64,000 bases of DNA from contig CATNEN010000003.1 in assembly GCA_950097015.1 (NCBI GenBank), forward strand, positions 13,764,001 through 13,828,000, written 5' to 3'. The notes under the pieces are model-generated. The model was not told the origin of the DNA. It did not search any database and saw nothing but the letters and a program-made list of their open reading frames with translations. Positions 24,801 through 36,500 of the stretch are shown piece after piece. Every line of letters begins with the position of its first letter. The first letter of the stretch is position 1. Source of the stretch: Macrostomum hystrix. Taxonomy: Eukaryota; Animalia; Platyhelminthes. The translations under genes were made by a program, and so were the position numbers.

Positions 24801-26914
24801 GCTTTCGCACGGGGACCACGGGCGTCCCGTAGTCATTGAAGTCAGTAGGCTCCCAGATGCCTCTCCTGATGCCCTCGTCGTAGGCGCGCTCGAGCTCCTC
24901 GCGGATGGCGAAGGGGACAGGCCTAGCCTTCCGGAACACCGGCTTTGCATCCGGGTTAAACTGCAACTCGAGCTTGAAGTCCTTGAGGCAACCCAGCTCG
25001 TCCTTCCACAGGTCCGGGAATTCGTCGCAAAGATTTCGGCAGGCCTTTTGAAGAGCCTCGTCCGGCGGCAGGTGGTCAAACACTGCGTTGACTTCTTGAA
25101 TGGCGCTGGCAGCGCCGAGCAGTTTGTCGACGGAGATTCCCAACAGCTTCGTGGCGGTCCGGCCGAGTAGATTCAAGCCGGGCACCTGTGTGACGATGTA
25201 CTGGATGTCGTGCTCATGAGCTGAGCCAGGCAATGTCGTTTTCCCGACGAAGGTACCTAGTACAGGTAAGTCGTGTCGGCTGGCGGACTCGTAGCGTGAC
25301 ATCGCTACTTCGAGCGGCGGCGTCCCCAGCTTCTTCCAGAATGACTCTGTGATGAAGTTGCCGTTTGTCGCAGTGTCGACCTCGATGGCGAGAGCCTTGC
25401 CTTGGATGTGGATCGACACTTCCAGCTTAGGCAGGTCGTCCTCGGTTCGGGCTACAGCATGTACAAGCACATGCTCCTCGACCTGTTTCACTGGCTTCTT
25501 GAAGTTCGCCGCAGGGGCAGATCCTTTGGCCTTGGAACGGCAGACAGGTTCTTGGTGACCCACCTTTTTGCAGTGCCGGCAGGTCGCGTCTTTGAATCGG
25601 CAATCGTTTGCCCGATGGTTCTTCGCTCCGCAGCGGTAGCACGAACCAGACGCAGAGTCAGTAGTAGACCTGAAAGCAGTAGAATCGGTCGTAAATTTCG
25701 CCGAAGTGGCTCCGGGTCGCCGAACCTTCTGCTTAACCTTGTTTACGGGGCTGGATTTGTCGCCGTAAACCGTCTCCTTGGCGACTCGGGCGGCTTCCTC
25801 TGTCTCGATGGCGAACTCGACAGCCCGGGCGAACGTGAGCTCTTCCACCTTTAATTTGAACAAAGCTTTGAGTACTGCTTCGTTCCTCACTGAGCAGATG
25901 AAACGCGTGCGCAGCGCCTCGTCCAGTGGATCTTTGATGGAAGAGAAATCGCAGGTGGTTGCATCCTGGCGGATTCTCGCAGCCAGTTCCTGGATCGTCT
26001 CACCCGGTTTCCGCCGCATGTCGCTCCAGAACCGGAAACGCTCCCGCACGATGAAGCACTTGGTGTCATACTGTTCTTCCATGAACTTCTCAATCTCGTC
26101 CATAGTGAGCTTGTTGATCTCCTTCCGCGGCGTCTGCTGCGCTGCCAAGTTTGAGAGAAGCTTGTAGACAGACGGAGACTGGTTCGTCAGGAACACCTGA
26201 GCCTTCTTGTCGTCGGGTATGGAGTTCGCGCCCGTGAAGGTGCAGAATCTGGCCAAGTAGTCGGGCCAGAGCTCGGACGTGGCGTCGAATGGCGAGAAAC
26301 CCGGAGTCGACGTCGTCACATGTGTCGGCAAAGCTGCAGCCTGGGACTGGTCCGCTGCAGGCTTTAGAGACCGAATGAGGTCGAGCATCATCTGCCGGTC
26401 AGCGTTCCGCTGTTGGCGCTCTTCTTCCATCTGCTGCCGTAGGAGGCTGATTATATCCTCGTCTTGCATCGTTTCGGGCATGATTGTAGTAGCTTGATCC
26501 TTCGGTCAATAGTGACAGTCGTTGTAGATTAGACGTCCTCGAAGTTGATCAAGATCCTGCTTGCGACGCCAGAAAATCCCTGTTGTATTCTTGAAGTAAC
26601 GAATACAGAGATTCCAATTGTAGTGTTGGTAAATGTAAGTATAGCGCCGAAAGGAGCACTCGGCAGTCGACTGGATAAGCGTATATTTGTAACAGCAGTA
26701 TTATTAAATACTGGAAAGTTTTTTGAGTGTGCGCACCGCGCGGGGGTTTCTATTTATAGCCTGGGGAGCGAGTGGGAGAACTTTCTAGAAAGTTCTCATA
26801 GATAGCCCGCTGGGGGAGGCGCAGAGAAGATTCTGGAAACAACAGAGTGTTATAACAAGTGGTAGAAAGTTCTAGAAAACTATTTACGGAATTATCGTAA
26901 CGAAACCCACAACA
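21847..26914 (-). mobile_element. Full-length Ty3/Gypsy (Mag-like) LTR retrotransposon 1
   Basis: 334-bp LTRs 21847-22180 and 26581-26914 (TG..CA, no differences seen), TSD ATTGT, PPT GGTGGGGAGG at 22181-22190, and PBS TGGCGTCGCAAGCAGGAT (tRNA-Ser-like). Confidence 0.97.
22219..26481 (-). CDS. Single-ORF gag-pol, 1420 aa
   Basis: Two CCHC knuckles (CYRCGAKNHRANDC, CRHCKKVGHQEPVC), protease VDTA, RT YLDD, RNase H (CDAS, QKEAL, TDHKPL), integrase HLGH..CHSC, VTDNA and NGAAER. Confidence 0.96.
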   Translation of the reverse strand: MPETMQDEDIISLLRQQMEEERQQRNADRQMMLDLIRSLKPAADQSQAAALPTHVTTSTPGFSPFDATSELWPDYLARFCTFTGANSIPDDKKAQVFLTNQSPSVYKLLSNLAAQQTPRKEINKLTMDEIEKFMEEQYDTKCFIVRERFRFWSDMRRKPGETIQELAARIRQDATTCDFSSIKDPLDEALRTRFICSVRNEAVLKALFKLKVEELTFARAVEFAIETEEAARVAKETVYGDKSSPVNKVKQKVRRPGATSAKFTTDSTAFRSTTDSASGSCYRCGAKNHRANDCRFKDATCRHCKKVGHQEPVCRSKAKGSAPAANFKKPVKQVEEHVLVHAVARTEDDLPKLEVSIHIQGKALAIEVDTATNGNFITESFWKKLGTPPLEVAMSRYESASRHDLPVLGTFVGKTTLPGSAHEHDIQYIVTQVPGLNLLGRTATKLLGISVDKLLGAASAIQEVNAVFDHLPPDEALQKACRNLCDEFPDLWKDELGCLKDFKLELQFNPDAKPVFRKARPVPFAIREELERAYDEGIRRGIWEPTDFNDYGTPVVPVRKPSTGSEQPKLRVCGDYSCTINPQLEDNRHPLPLPEELLQKLGGSYCFSKVDLADAYNQIELGPMSQRRLALSTHRGVLLQKRLAFGPKSAVGEFQFIMEMVAGDLPGVVFYLDDYLVGGATADEHLANLRRLFQRLSDKGLRCRREKCKFAMPSIEYLGYVLSKEGITKGTKVDAVREMPPPKDVSSLRSFLGSVQFYAKFLPPSMATISEPLYRLTRRDTPWTWKDAEQRAFDQIKEELSSDNVLVHYNADLPLGLSCDASNVGIGAVLFHRYPDGSERPIANASKSLTDAQRRYPQIQKEALSIIFGLKKFFQYLFNRKFILVTDHKPLISLFGPEKETPVMAANRLARWANLLHNFTYEIEYRQTKSHGNADALSRLPVGDDLDFDGEESTADFDMVCAIKVLSLQIRPADASAVAKESSRDPVISTAMRYCREGWPPIGRDEDAELARLRKVKDSLSCCNGCLLHGCRLVIPRNLRNEVLKILHLGHFGIQRMKQLARSAVYWPNIDDDVEHLCHGCHSCAEHQNHPPKAAVHPWMMPEKPWSRLHLDHAVNFLGTNWLVLTDAYSKYPCIHPTQSMSTRATIELLEEDFAHFGYPHAIVTDNAAAFMAEEFQAWCREHGIAHLTGAPYHPATNGAAERLVQTFKKALKKSSLPPARALQQFLMQYRRTPAVNGYSPSELLNGRQIRTQIDTLLPSPAHLAQDRQVKQAEESRARKKVSRVREGYNVGDPVYARYYGPRREKEGRWVPAVVTKRHGSRSVNVKVVPSGPVWRRHFDQLQPRHVSAEDSEPGSLPTQQNETAGHLMLPATPAVAHPGSRPRPPGWRAPDQVQHPPPYGPDNPRRSARQRKPRLQMDL

Positions 26915-27224
26915 ATTGTCATGAGGCTGAAATTCACCCTAAATTACAGTTAAATTGATTTCTCGTTTGCCTTCGTCATGAAAATCAGCTCTTGAAGCGA
27001 AAAAACTAGCGAGAATTAAAAAATTCTAGAATACGGAATTTAACAATCTAAAAACATTTTTTCTTTGTCGCGATTTCTCTGAACAAACAAAAATGCACAA
27101 TTCGTCTGTGCACAGAATCTAACGGTAAATTGGGAGAGTTATAATTGTTATTCTTTTAGTCCCCATAATTAATACGTCACCTGAGCAGCTGCTCGTTAAG
27201 CGCGGGCGATGCTTAAGGTGCCCA

Positions 27225-27388
27225 CCCGCTGCTCCTCCACCCGCTGCTCCTCCATCCGCTGCTCCTCCATCCGCTGCTCCTCCACCCGCTGCTCCTCCAC
27301 CCGCAGCTCCTCCACCCGCAGCTCCTCCACCCGCTGCTCCTCCACCCGCAGCTCCTCCACCCGCTGCTCCTCCACCCGCAGCTCCTCT
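27225..27388. repeat. 15-bp minisatellite CCACCCGC(T/A)GCTCCT
   Basis: About 11 tandem units. Confidence 0.93.
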
Positions 27389-28117
27389 AGCCATATTAAA
27401 CCAGTAGACCAGTATTATATTTGAAATTCGCAAGCGTAATCAGCAGCATTCACGCTAAGAATGCTTCTATATGCCTCTAAGTTCGTTCGAAAAAACATCA
27501 AACAATAATTAGAACAGCACGCAAACTTCTTGATTTATATTGCACTATCTATTTAGAAATTCAGTCGAGATTCAGCAAAAAAGATTACTACGAGTAATTT
27601 AAGACAAAACAAAACCCCAAGACAAACTGTTTAACAAATAATTAGTAGACAGAATGGAGAAAAGGAGACAAACACGTTCACGCGTTAAACACCAACATTC
27701 AAAATTCAGACACATTTTTAGCAAAGTGATTTCAACACCTTTCTGTTATTTTCTTGTCTATTATTGGAAAAATATGCTGCGAACACCTGGGTAGAATGTG
27801 GGAAGTCAATTCTCCGCAGAATTACTTTCAGAGCTGACGTGCAACCATCGTGGGCTGTGCAACACTTAATTGCAATTCTGGAAAATCAACAATTAATCGC
27901 AGTATACGCTCGTACACATTCAATTGTCAGCAATTATATGGTACTTACTTCTTATTTGATTTATTGATTTTACACTCAAATCTGTCCACATACTGTCTTA
28001 CTTAAATAGCGTTTGGGCAGATGTTGCCTAGTTTTACTCGTTGAATGGACTTAGTGACTGTATGCACCTTGGAGGAGGTCAAAGAGTTTGTGTACTTTAT
28101 TAACTACCAAGGCTACT

Positions 28118-28310
28118 GGGGGGTTGCAGTCTAGTCGTTTGGTTTAAGCCTAGTATCTGTAACCGTTTATGTCCTTTAGCAAGACACTTAGCTCTGCATT
28201 GATTCAGTTCACCCTACCAGCAAAAGTTGGGGTAATTTAATGGTGCGCAATGGACTATGTGGCACTTCTCCCCAGTCCATGGACTGAACTTGGTCGTACG
28301 CAGCCTTCTA
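28118..28310 (+). mobile_element. SINE family B copy (diverged)
   Basis: TGTCCTTTAGCAAGACACTTAGCTCTGCATTG and CCCCAGTCCATGGACTGAAC. Confidence 0.75.
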
Positions 28311-28440
28311 AAAGCAGTGATCAGACTCGATTGTATTTGATTTCGTTCAATCTAACATCCTCTACTCCATCATCTGCAATCACTAACTTATTTATTCTTT
28401 CTGTCACTTACGACTACGCAGATTTTCAAATTTCTCCTGA

Positions 28441-29890
28441 TCAATTCCAACAGAATCGTGAAAAATGGTTTATTTTCATAAATTGATCAGCCATTAAAAT
28501 CCTCGGCTCCACTGTCCTGATATCCACCAAATTATCTGCAAACTGCGGTGAGCCCAAAGGGTCGTAGGACGTACGCAGCTTCTTCGTGTCGTGGACAGCG
28601 AAGGCAACATCGTTCTTGTTCGTGATCGGGTCCATGTTGTAAACGTCGGTGCAGTATTTCAGGAGCTGTTCTGCTGATGAACTTGACTTCCTGATTTTTT
28701 TACACTGGTTGGTAAGCGCAGTTATCCAGGTGTTTCTGTGAATGGTTGTGCTACTCTTGAAGCTGTTGTTGGCAAAGGCGTCAAAGCTTCTAGAAGGTGG
28801 CACAAAAATTATGCCGGAAGGTTCTGTCAAGATCGGGAAGTCGCTGGCAAAGTTTTTCACCATGGCGGAGAGGCCGATGGGGCCGGCAAACTCGAAAACG
28901 TCTTCAGTCGGGTTGGCAGCCAGCTGAAGGATGCAGAAGCAGAAAAACGGATGCTGCGGCTCCGAGATCATCAGGGCCGGATTGGCGAGTCGATCTGGTG
29001 GCCACTTCATGCCGAAGTAGATCATTGCGATGGCCTCCGCTGTTATGGGCACAGTGGCCGGGTACTTGAGAAAGCGGTCCAGTGGTCGCACCAGGGTGTA
29101 GTCCAGGTCTGCGTACACTCCACCGAACTGCGCGAAGGGGGGAAACTTGCGAGTCGTAAGGCCAGCCTCAGAACCGGCTTGAATTGATTTTAGGCATGGC
29201 TAGCTTATTTCGGACTACGAGTATATTGAGGGGTTGTACCCTATAGTGGTTAGAGCAATTGCTTCAGTCCAACCACCTATTAAATGAGTATTAGCATCAG
29301 CTGGTACCCAGTCCATGGACTGAACAGCTGTACACTAGCATGAGGTGTACATGAGGCTAGCTGTCAGTATTTTAAGAAAGAAGACTCACTCGGTACAGTA
29401 TTAGGTAGCGAAACATGTCCACTCGCATGATGTGGTGTTTCAGTGTCCGGAACTTGCGCAGTAAGCCTGGGTATTGCCTGGCAACGAAGCCTTCCAGGTC
29501 TTTGTCGCGCCAGAGAACGTAGGTCCAGTTCGGATGCAGCTGCGTCCAGGACTTCAGCTGGTTGGCAAAGTAGGCCGACACTCGCTCCGTCTTCCACAGG
29601 ATGTGTCGAATGCGGGGCACACGGTCCACGGCCCCCTCTGTCGCCGACTGAAGCGCCGCGTGGCACTGGGGATCGTGACAGACGCTGCCGAAAGCATTCG
29701 TCACCGCGCTCAATCTGGCGAATTCAAAATTCGTCGTCGCGCGCACGCAAGCATTGACTATTGCGCTGCTACTGATGCCAGCTGCATTGCGAGCTGACTT
29801 TGGAAGCACCTTCAGCTGGACAAACAGACAAACTGTTGAGATTGCTAACAAAATCAGGAAGCGAATAAATACGCTGTGTCTCTGATTCAT
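28441..29890 (-). CDS. GT32 / Gly_transf_sug DxD glycosyltransferase (MIPC-synthase/OCH1-like), type II membrane protein; exons 29390-29890 and 28441-29127
   Basis: N-terminal TM segment; PRIRHILWK, SWTQLHPNWTYVLW, RVDMFRYLILYR|FGGVYADLD across a phase-0 GT-AG intron; later MISEPQHPFF and AGP motifs. Confidence 0.88.
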
Positions 29891-30379
29891 TTTTAATTAC
29901 TCTCAGAGACGCATCGTTATAGAAAGGAAGGGATTTTACGGGGCAGATTGATAGTCGATAACAGTCATTTTCTTCTACTCAGTTTAAGAGACAGATGTAT
30001 TCAGTTCTCGCACCATTTCTAAATTTTCATTGGTTCCCTGTGGGGTGGGTTGGGTCGCTCCAAGCCTTCTCTATACGCGGCTGCGGCTGAGCTCAGGGAC
30101 TGACTATATGACTATATACTGTCGTAGCTGCGATCGAGTGTAAATACCCCATAAATATCTAATAGGAGATACATATATAGAGAAATGCGGCTTCCAAAGG
30201 CTGTGTACAGGCTGTTCTGTGTACAGACTAGGGAGGCTGCCAAAACACAACGAACTATCTAGCTGGATGAATGAAAGGTCGGGAGTTAGAATTTAGTTGC
30301 TAAAAAAATAACAGGATAGTGCTGACATGAAAAACTAATGCAAAGTTGATAGATACACTTACTCCCCCCTGACAATTTT

Positions 30380-30730
30380 TTTGTGCTGCACCTGAACGGA
30401 ACAACGTAAGCACTCGAAACTGAAGAACACGGGCCAAATCTTCTGAAACAAGAATCAAGTCGCCAGCTCTTCAGGCCGTCGAGATATTCAATGGTTCTGG
30501 CCCATAAGAGCTAGTGTATTTCATACACCCCTATATATGAATTAGCACTGCGCCTCAGTGCGGCCTTGCCAGGCCTTCAAAATGTGTCAGCATGTCACCC
30601 TAATGTGCCTGCATCATCTCCGTCTTCGGTGGTCACCTACCTTTATCTAGACGGATTTGCTGGACCTTCAAGCTCTAGAACTGGTGGAACTAGGCCACTA
30701 TGGACACCCTGACGCGAATTTATCCAATTT
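30380..30730 (-). repeat. Second copy of the dispersed repeat at 3730-4090
   Basis: Reverse-complement match with small indels. Confidence 0.8.
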
Positions 30731-30745
30731 CACAGATCAAGCCTA

Positions 30746-31050
30746 GAGGTTGTAGCCTAGTGGTTAGGGCGTCGGACTAACGTCTTGAAGGTCGGGGGTT
30801 CGATTCCCGACTCCACTTAAACAATTTGTGTCCTTTAGCAAGACACTTAACTCTGCATTGCTTCAGTTCACCCAGCTGTTAAATGGGTACCAGCATCAGC
30901 TGGGATAATTGAAGGTGGGTGTGGCGTCCCCCAGTCCATGGACTGAACAGCTGTACGCAGCCTTCAGATGCGCCGCACAATAGCTGCGGCTGTGCTGTCG
31001 GCTGCACATCTGGCCCGATTGGGGCAGGTGTAATCAATTATTAATTAAAT
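30746..31050 (+). mobile_element. SINE family B, most complete copy (tRNA head plus CORE-like domain)
   Basis: A box TAGCCTAGTGG, B box GGTTCGATTCC, CORE-like GTGTCCTTTAGCAAGACACTTAACTCTGCATTGCTTCAGTTCACCCAGCTGTTAAATGGGTACC, and an AT-rich tail. Other copies or fragments: ~6960-7100, 14295-14535, 28118-28310, 29230-29335, 31290-31535, 34745-34965, 51470-51600. Confidence 0.88.
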
Positions 31051-31289
31051 TACAGATCACGCCTAAATATTAGGCGCAAATCAACCACAGGACACCATCG
31101 TCTAGTCTGTCAACCAATCAGTCACCACCCAGCGCTGTTAAATTTCAGGTGCTGCCAAAAAACGTTCAGGGTTAGAATTCCCCCTTCGGTATAAAATTGG
31201 CGGCAAAATGGCTAGTCCTACTGTTAAGTAGTGCATATCGAGTGTGTAGCTAATAATAACAATGCTAAATTAAGTGGCACTCAAGCAAT

Positions 31290-31535
31290 TAGCTTGTAGT
31301 TAAGCTTATGTTCTTAATTTTTTAAGTCGGACCAACGACTTAAAGGTCTGGGGTTCGATTCCCGACTCAACATGAACAATTTCTGTCCTTTATCAAGACA
31401 CTTAACTCTGCATTGCTTCAGTTCACCCAGCTGTTAAATGGGTACCAGCATTAGATGGGGCAATTGAGGTGGGTTTTGGCGGCTCCCCAGTCCATGGACT
31501 GAACTGCCGTACGCAGCCTTCAGATGCGCTGCGCA
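31290..31535 (+). mobile_element. SINE family B copy
   Basis: GGGGTTCGATTCCCGACTC plus the CORE-like block and CCCCAGTCCATGGACTGAAC. Confidence 0.85.
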
Positions 31536-31728
31536 AAATATACAACAGTATTTTTGCTTATCATTCGTTTGATTAAATTGTTTGATCGACTTTTATCAAT
31601 GGTCGAGTTTCAGCACAACAGAAATTCAGCTTTATTTAACCATTAAAAGTCAATGTTTTTTCTTTTAAATACTTTTAAAAGAAAAAGTTACTTTTTCTCG
31701 TTAACGCTTTTAAATTACCTAAGTACTA

Positions 31729-32982
31729 CGGGTGTGTCATAAGTAATGTCACTGTGGTTGTTGTGCGGGAACCCAAAGCAATAATCATCCAAATATATTA
31801 TATTCTGAAAATACATTTATTGAGAAGTTGCCACCACACCTGAGCAGCAATTTTAATGTCTATGGCCAAAACTCAACATGAATCACGACAAGACGCACAT
31901 CCAGTTCTACGCTTTCATTCGCTTCAAGCTTGGAAAATCTGCACTTGAAGTAGAGGAGGATCTCCGGAACACACTGCCAGACAACTGCCCAACTCGCAGG
32001 ACAATTTACAGGTGGTTTCAGAACTTTACTGATCCTGGGTTCGAATTGGGAGATGCCGCCAGATCTGGACGACCAAGTCATCAGCGACCTGGTCAAGGAA
32101 GACCCGCGGCAGTCTGTCAGGGAGCTAGCGGACTGCTTGGAGATTGATTTCAAGACAGTCCATCGCATCTTGACAGAGGATCTCCATCTCCGAAACGTCT
32201 GCTCGGTCTGGGTGCCCCATGACCTCACTGCGGACCAACGTCAGGCCCGTGTGAACTGCGCCAATCAGATCCGCAAGGTGTTCAGCAGCCGGGGCTTGGA
32301 TGACATCCTAAACTGCCTGGTTGTTGAGGATGAGACCTGGCTCCACCTGGATGGCAAAAGCAGCAAGGCAGACAATCGCTGCTGGCTGGGAGCTGGGGAC
32401 TCCAGGCTGACTGTGACCAGGAGGTCCATCTCAGACAAGAAGACCATGCTGCTGGTGGCATTCACGCCAAACAAACGAGTCTCTATCTGTACAACTCCGC
32501 CAAACACCAAGGTCGATGGCCAGTACTTCATCGACTTTGTCCGACACACTGGGAACCTCTGGCACACGCTCCGGTCAAACCCGATTCACCTGAACGAAGT
32601 TCTGTGGCAGATGGACAACGCACGGCCCCACACCTGTCAGGCTGTTTCGGATTTTCTGGCTGGACGGCGAGTAAATCTGCTCTGGCAGAGTCCCTACAGC
32701 CCAGACTTCAACTTGTGCGACAGGTTTCTCTTTAAATGGCTGAAGGCAGACTTTTCCCAGAGAAGTTTCGCAAACCATGATGAGGTCAAAGAAGCCGCGT
32801 TGCACTGGTTCCGACAGCTGGAGGAAAAACACCTGTAGGCTGAGGTAGAGAAGTTGTACGAGCACTGCCAGAGGGTGATTGATATTGGGGGACACTATGT
32901 TGTTGATTGATACAGTTTCGTTCATCTGCGATTGGTCTGTTGGTCTGTTTTACCCTCAGTGACATTACTTATGACACACCCG
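31729..32982 (+). mobile_element. mariner (DD34D) DNA transposon, defective
   Basis: Perfect 26-bp TIRs CGGGTGTGTCATAAGTAATGTCACTG; TA on the left flank (right flank reads AA). Confidence 0.94.
31878..32910 (+). pseudogene. mariner transposase with a frameshifting deletion (~32075) and premature TAG (32836)
   Basis: HTH ending RSGRP, then in another frame WVPHDLT, EDETW, DNARPH and YSPDFNLCD (34 residues between 2nd and 3rd Asp). The C-terminus resumes after the TAG as AEVEKLYEHCQRVIDIGGHYVVD*. Confidence 0.9.
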
Positions 32983-33565
32983 AAGTAAAAGAAACTTTAA
33001 TGATTCTTAATAAAGCATTTACAGAAGTTAATGTACCGTGTTGCTGGAGAATAATAGATTAGTGTAAAGAAAATTTTTCAAATCTGAAGGACTGTGCAAA
33101 TTAATCAGTCATTAAGTCTCGGTAAAATGGCTTCAAATGCTACAATGAGACGATATAATTAGAACATAAAGTCATAGAAATCATATTTTTCATTTTCGTT
33201 AAGTTCAGACAGAATGCATGCGTACGTTACTGTTGCTGATATTTACGTGGCAATGCGAGCGTATGCAAAGTTAAGTTAATCCACCGGGTTAGTGGGATTA
33301 AGAAACGCCAAGTCAGGATTCGGCAGACTCAATGGTTGGATCAGAGCTGCTTTGCTCTAAAAACAATGCAGCAGCAATGCGACCAAGTATTTGTTGCACA
33401 CGTGGCAACATCTGGTGCCAGCAGTAGTAAGTTGCTCAACTATGCTCAAACTGTACTGGGGTCCCCGGATTGAAGAGGAAAGAAATAAAAGGCAATAATT
33501 CCGAGGTGAAATAATTGCAGAACCGATTTCTTACCGCGAGCAGATCAGTGTTTCATCATATTTCA

Positions 33566-36500
33566 ATGGCGGCATCCTTGTCTTGGCTGATGGTTGTCAC
33601 CGTCTGTCAGCTGGTCCTATTCTCAGCGCCCACCAGTCAGCAGCAGCGTCGAGATATCCCCACTGCCGAGGGAAAATTCGACCAGATGGAGGAGTTTAAC
33701 GGGGGCAGCTACTTTATGGGCGTGACGCACCCGGAGTACGAGTTTAAAGGTAAAATTATAATGAGGTAAAACTATAACTTGCATATAAATATATGAAACA
33801 GACAAACTCCTATTCACAAATAAGGAATAAAATCACGTTTCAGAAGACAATTTGCACGTAAAAGCTAGTAATATGTGCAATGTGAATTTAAGGAATTGGA
33901 GAAAATACAGATATAATAAATTTTCTAAATTTGAATCGTTCGAAATATTTTATCCTGGAAATATTAAATTTTAGGAAGTGTGAAATTTTAGGAAATGGGA
34001 AATTTCAGGAAATGTGAAGTTTTAGGACATGTGACTATTCAGGAAATGTCAAGCTTTAGGGAATATGAAGCTTCAGGAAATGTGAAATTTCAGGAAATGA
34101 ATAATTTCAGTAAATGTGAAGCTTCGTGAACTTTAAAATTGCACAAAATGTAAAATTTTAGGAACTTTGAACTTTAGATTTTTGTGTGAAATTTTTAGTA
34201 ACTTTGAAATTTCGATAACGAGAAGTTTAGATTTTGTGACATCAAGAAAAATTTTACTAAAAAAGAATTGTGAAATTAGATAATTTTTTACCGTGTAAAA
34301 AATCGAACGATCGTAAGAATCAGTACTCAAACTATTTCGCATTCTAGGCGAGCATCCGGTGAGGCAGGAGTACGTCAAGCCTTTCGCCATGGACCGGTAT
34401 CCGGTGAATAATCAACAATTCAGCGAGTTTGTCTTGGACACGAAATTCTTCAGAACCGATCCGGAACTGAAGGGCTTTAGTTATGTGTTCTTTCAACACA
34501 TGGCAACTGGCGCCAAGATGATTGAGAAGTACAAACTGTTGGATGAGCCGTGGTCAGTAATTAATCAAACCCTATTTATAAAAAAAACACGGGCGAGTGT
34601 TCTGATTGGTGTAGACAGTAAAAAGGCTTCTTATTTGTCGAAGCACTTTGAAGGGTTTTGATTAATGGAATCGCTTATCAGGCTTCTAAACACTTGAGAA
34701 TGCTTCTGATTGGTGGAAACTATGAGAAGGCTTCTGATTGATTATTATATAATTGATTACACCTGTCCCATTTGGGCCAGATATGCAGCCGACAGCACAG
34801 CCGCAGTAATCGCGCAACGCATCTGAACGTTAAGTACGTCTGTTCAGTCCATGGACTGGGGTGACAACTGGGCGAACTGAAGCAATATAGAGTTAACGGG
34901 AATCGAACCCCTGACCTTCAAGTCATTTAATGAGTCCGACAATCTAACCACTATAGGCTACAATCCACTAGTTGTGATAGCTAAAGACAGTTAAAAGGCT
35001 TCCAAAGTGTTCTGCCGAGACGCGAGTAGTTAAACTACTTATGTAAGTCTGACTCAACTGGACCATGTGTCATTTCTATCAATCTAATCAATCAATCAAT
35101 CCAGGTGGCTGCCGATCGCGGGAGCCCGATGGTACCAGCCGTTCGGGCCGCAGTCCAGCTGGAAGCAGGGTCTCGAGAATCATCCGGTGGTGCACGTCGG
35201 CGCCGCGGACGCGGACTCCTATTGCAAATGGAAGGGCAAACGGTTGCCAACTGAATTCGAATGGGAATACGCGGCTAGGGCCAACAATAGGAGCTGGATT
35301 TATCCATGGGGCGATCATTATCGGAAGCGAAGAATGAACACCTGGCAGGGTCTGTTTCCCTATGAGAACACGGCCTACGACGGTCACAAGGGACTGGCAC
35401 CGGTGGACGCTTATCCTCAGCAGAATCATCGGGACATGTTCGATATGCTGGGTGAGTTGGGTTAGAACATGCCGCTTATTGTGTTTAACACTCGATAACA
35501 ATGTCCACACACTGGATAGCACTGTCCACAAACTAGATAACAATGTCCGCACACTGGATAGCAATGTCTACACACTGGATAACAATGTCCACAAACTGGA
35601 TAGTGTAAGGAGTGCTGAGCCGAGAGATGATTTGTGTAGACGAAAAAGCCTAAAGCGAAGTAGGCTCTGAGCAATCGATTATATTTGATATTTGGTGATG
35701 AACATGCAACGTGCGGCCGATGGGTGCAGATGTACATTAATCGCTCGCAACTCCACGCACACTACGATATAACTCAGGGCCTACAGCTAACACGGCTAAA
35801 TGAACGCGCGCCCACTTGGCGCCTACACTTCTCCCCAACTAGAGAGATTGCCGGGGGATAAAAGAGAAAAAAGCAAAGCTTTAGAGCAAGGGATTGCTGC
35901 AACAATCTAGCGGAAAAAGTCCATAGAACGCAAGACAGTCCATAGCAACTCATTTGAGAAAATACGGCCGCACGCAAAATGAGTTATTGTTTGTAGCTAA
36001 GCACTTTGCTACGCGCAGCCCTGGGATGCTGTCGTGTGGCGACACAATCGCTAGGGTTAGCGGTTGGCTGGCCGGCAGACTGGCCGGCGGACTGGCCGGC
36101 GGACTGACCAGCAGAGTGGCCGGCAGACTGGCCGGCAGACTGGCCGGCGGACTGACCAGCAGAGTGGCCGGCAGACTGGCCGGCGGACTGGCCGGCGGAC
36201 TGACCAGCAGAGTGGCCGGCAGACTGGCCGGCGGACTGGCCGGCGGACTCTATCAGGGGCCGCAGTTGAGTGACGTGTCGCATGCACGATTGTTCGCCGC
36301 GTTGAAGGACGCACGTGTCTCCCTGGACCAGCTTGACAGTCCACGGAGAAGGCTCAAAAGGCAGTTGAAGCTTGTTGCGCGGATGCTGCTTTCGTAGAAC
36401 TTTGCTGCCGTCAATGATGCCGTGCTCCTGGGCAGCCTTGCGGTCATCGAATCTGATTTCATATCTTGCACGTAATTCCGGTGCCAGTCTTGAACTTCTT

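Noticed and set aside
30746-30820. tRNA gene
   Set aside because: The A/B boxes run straight into a CORE-like body repeated many times, with no convincing acceptor stem: a SINE head.
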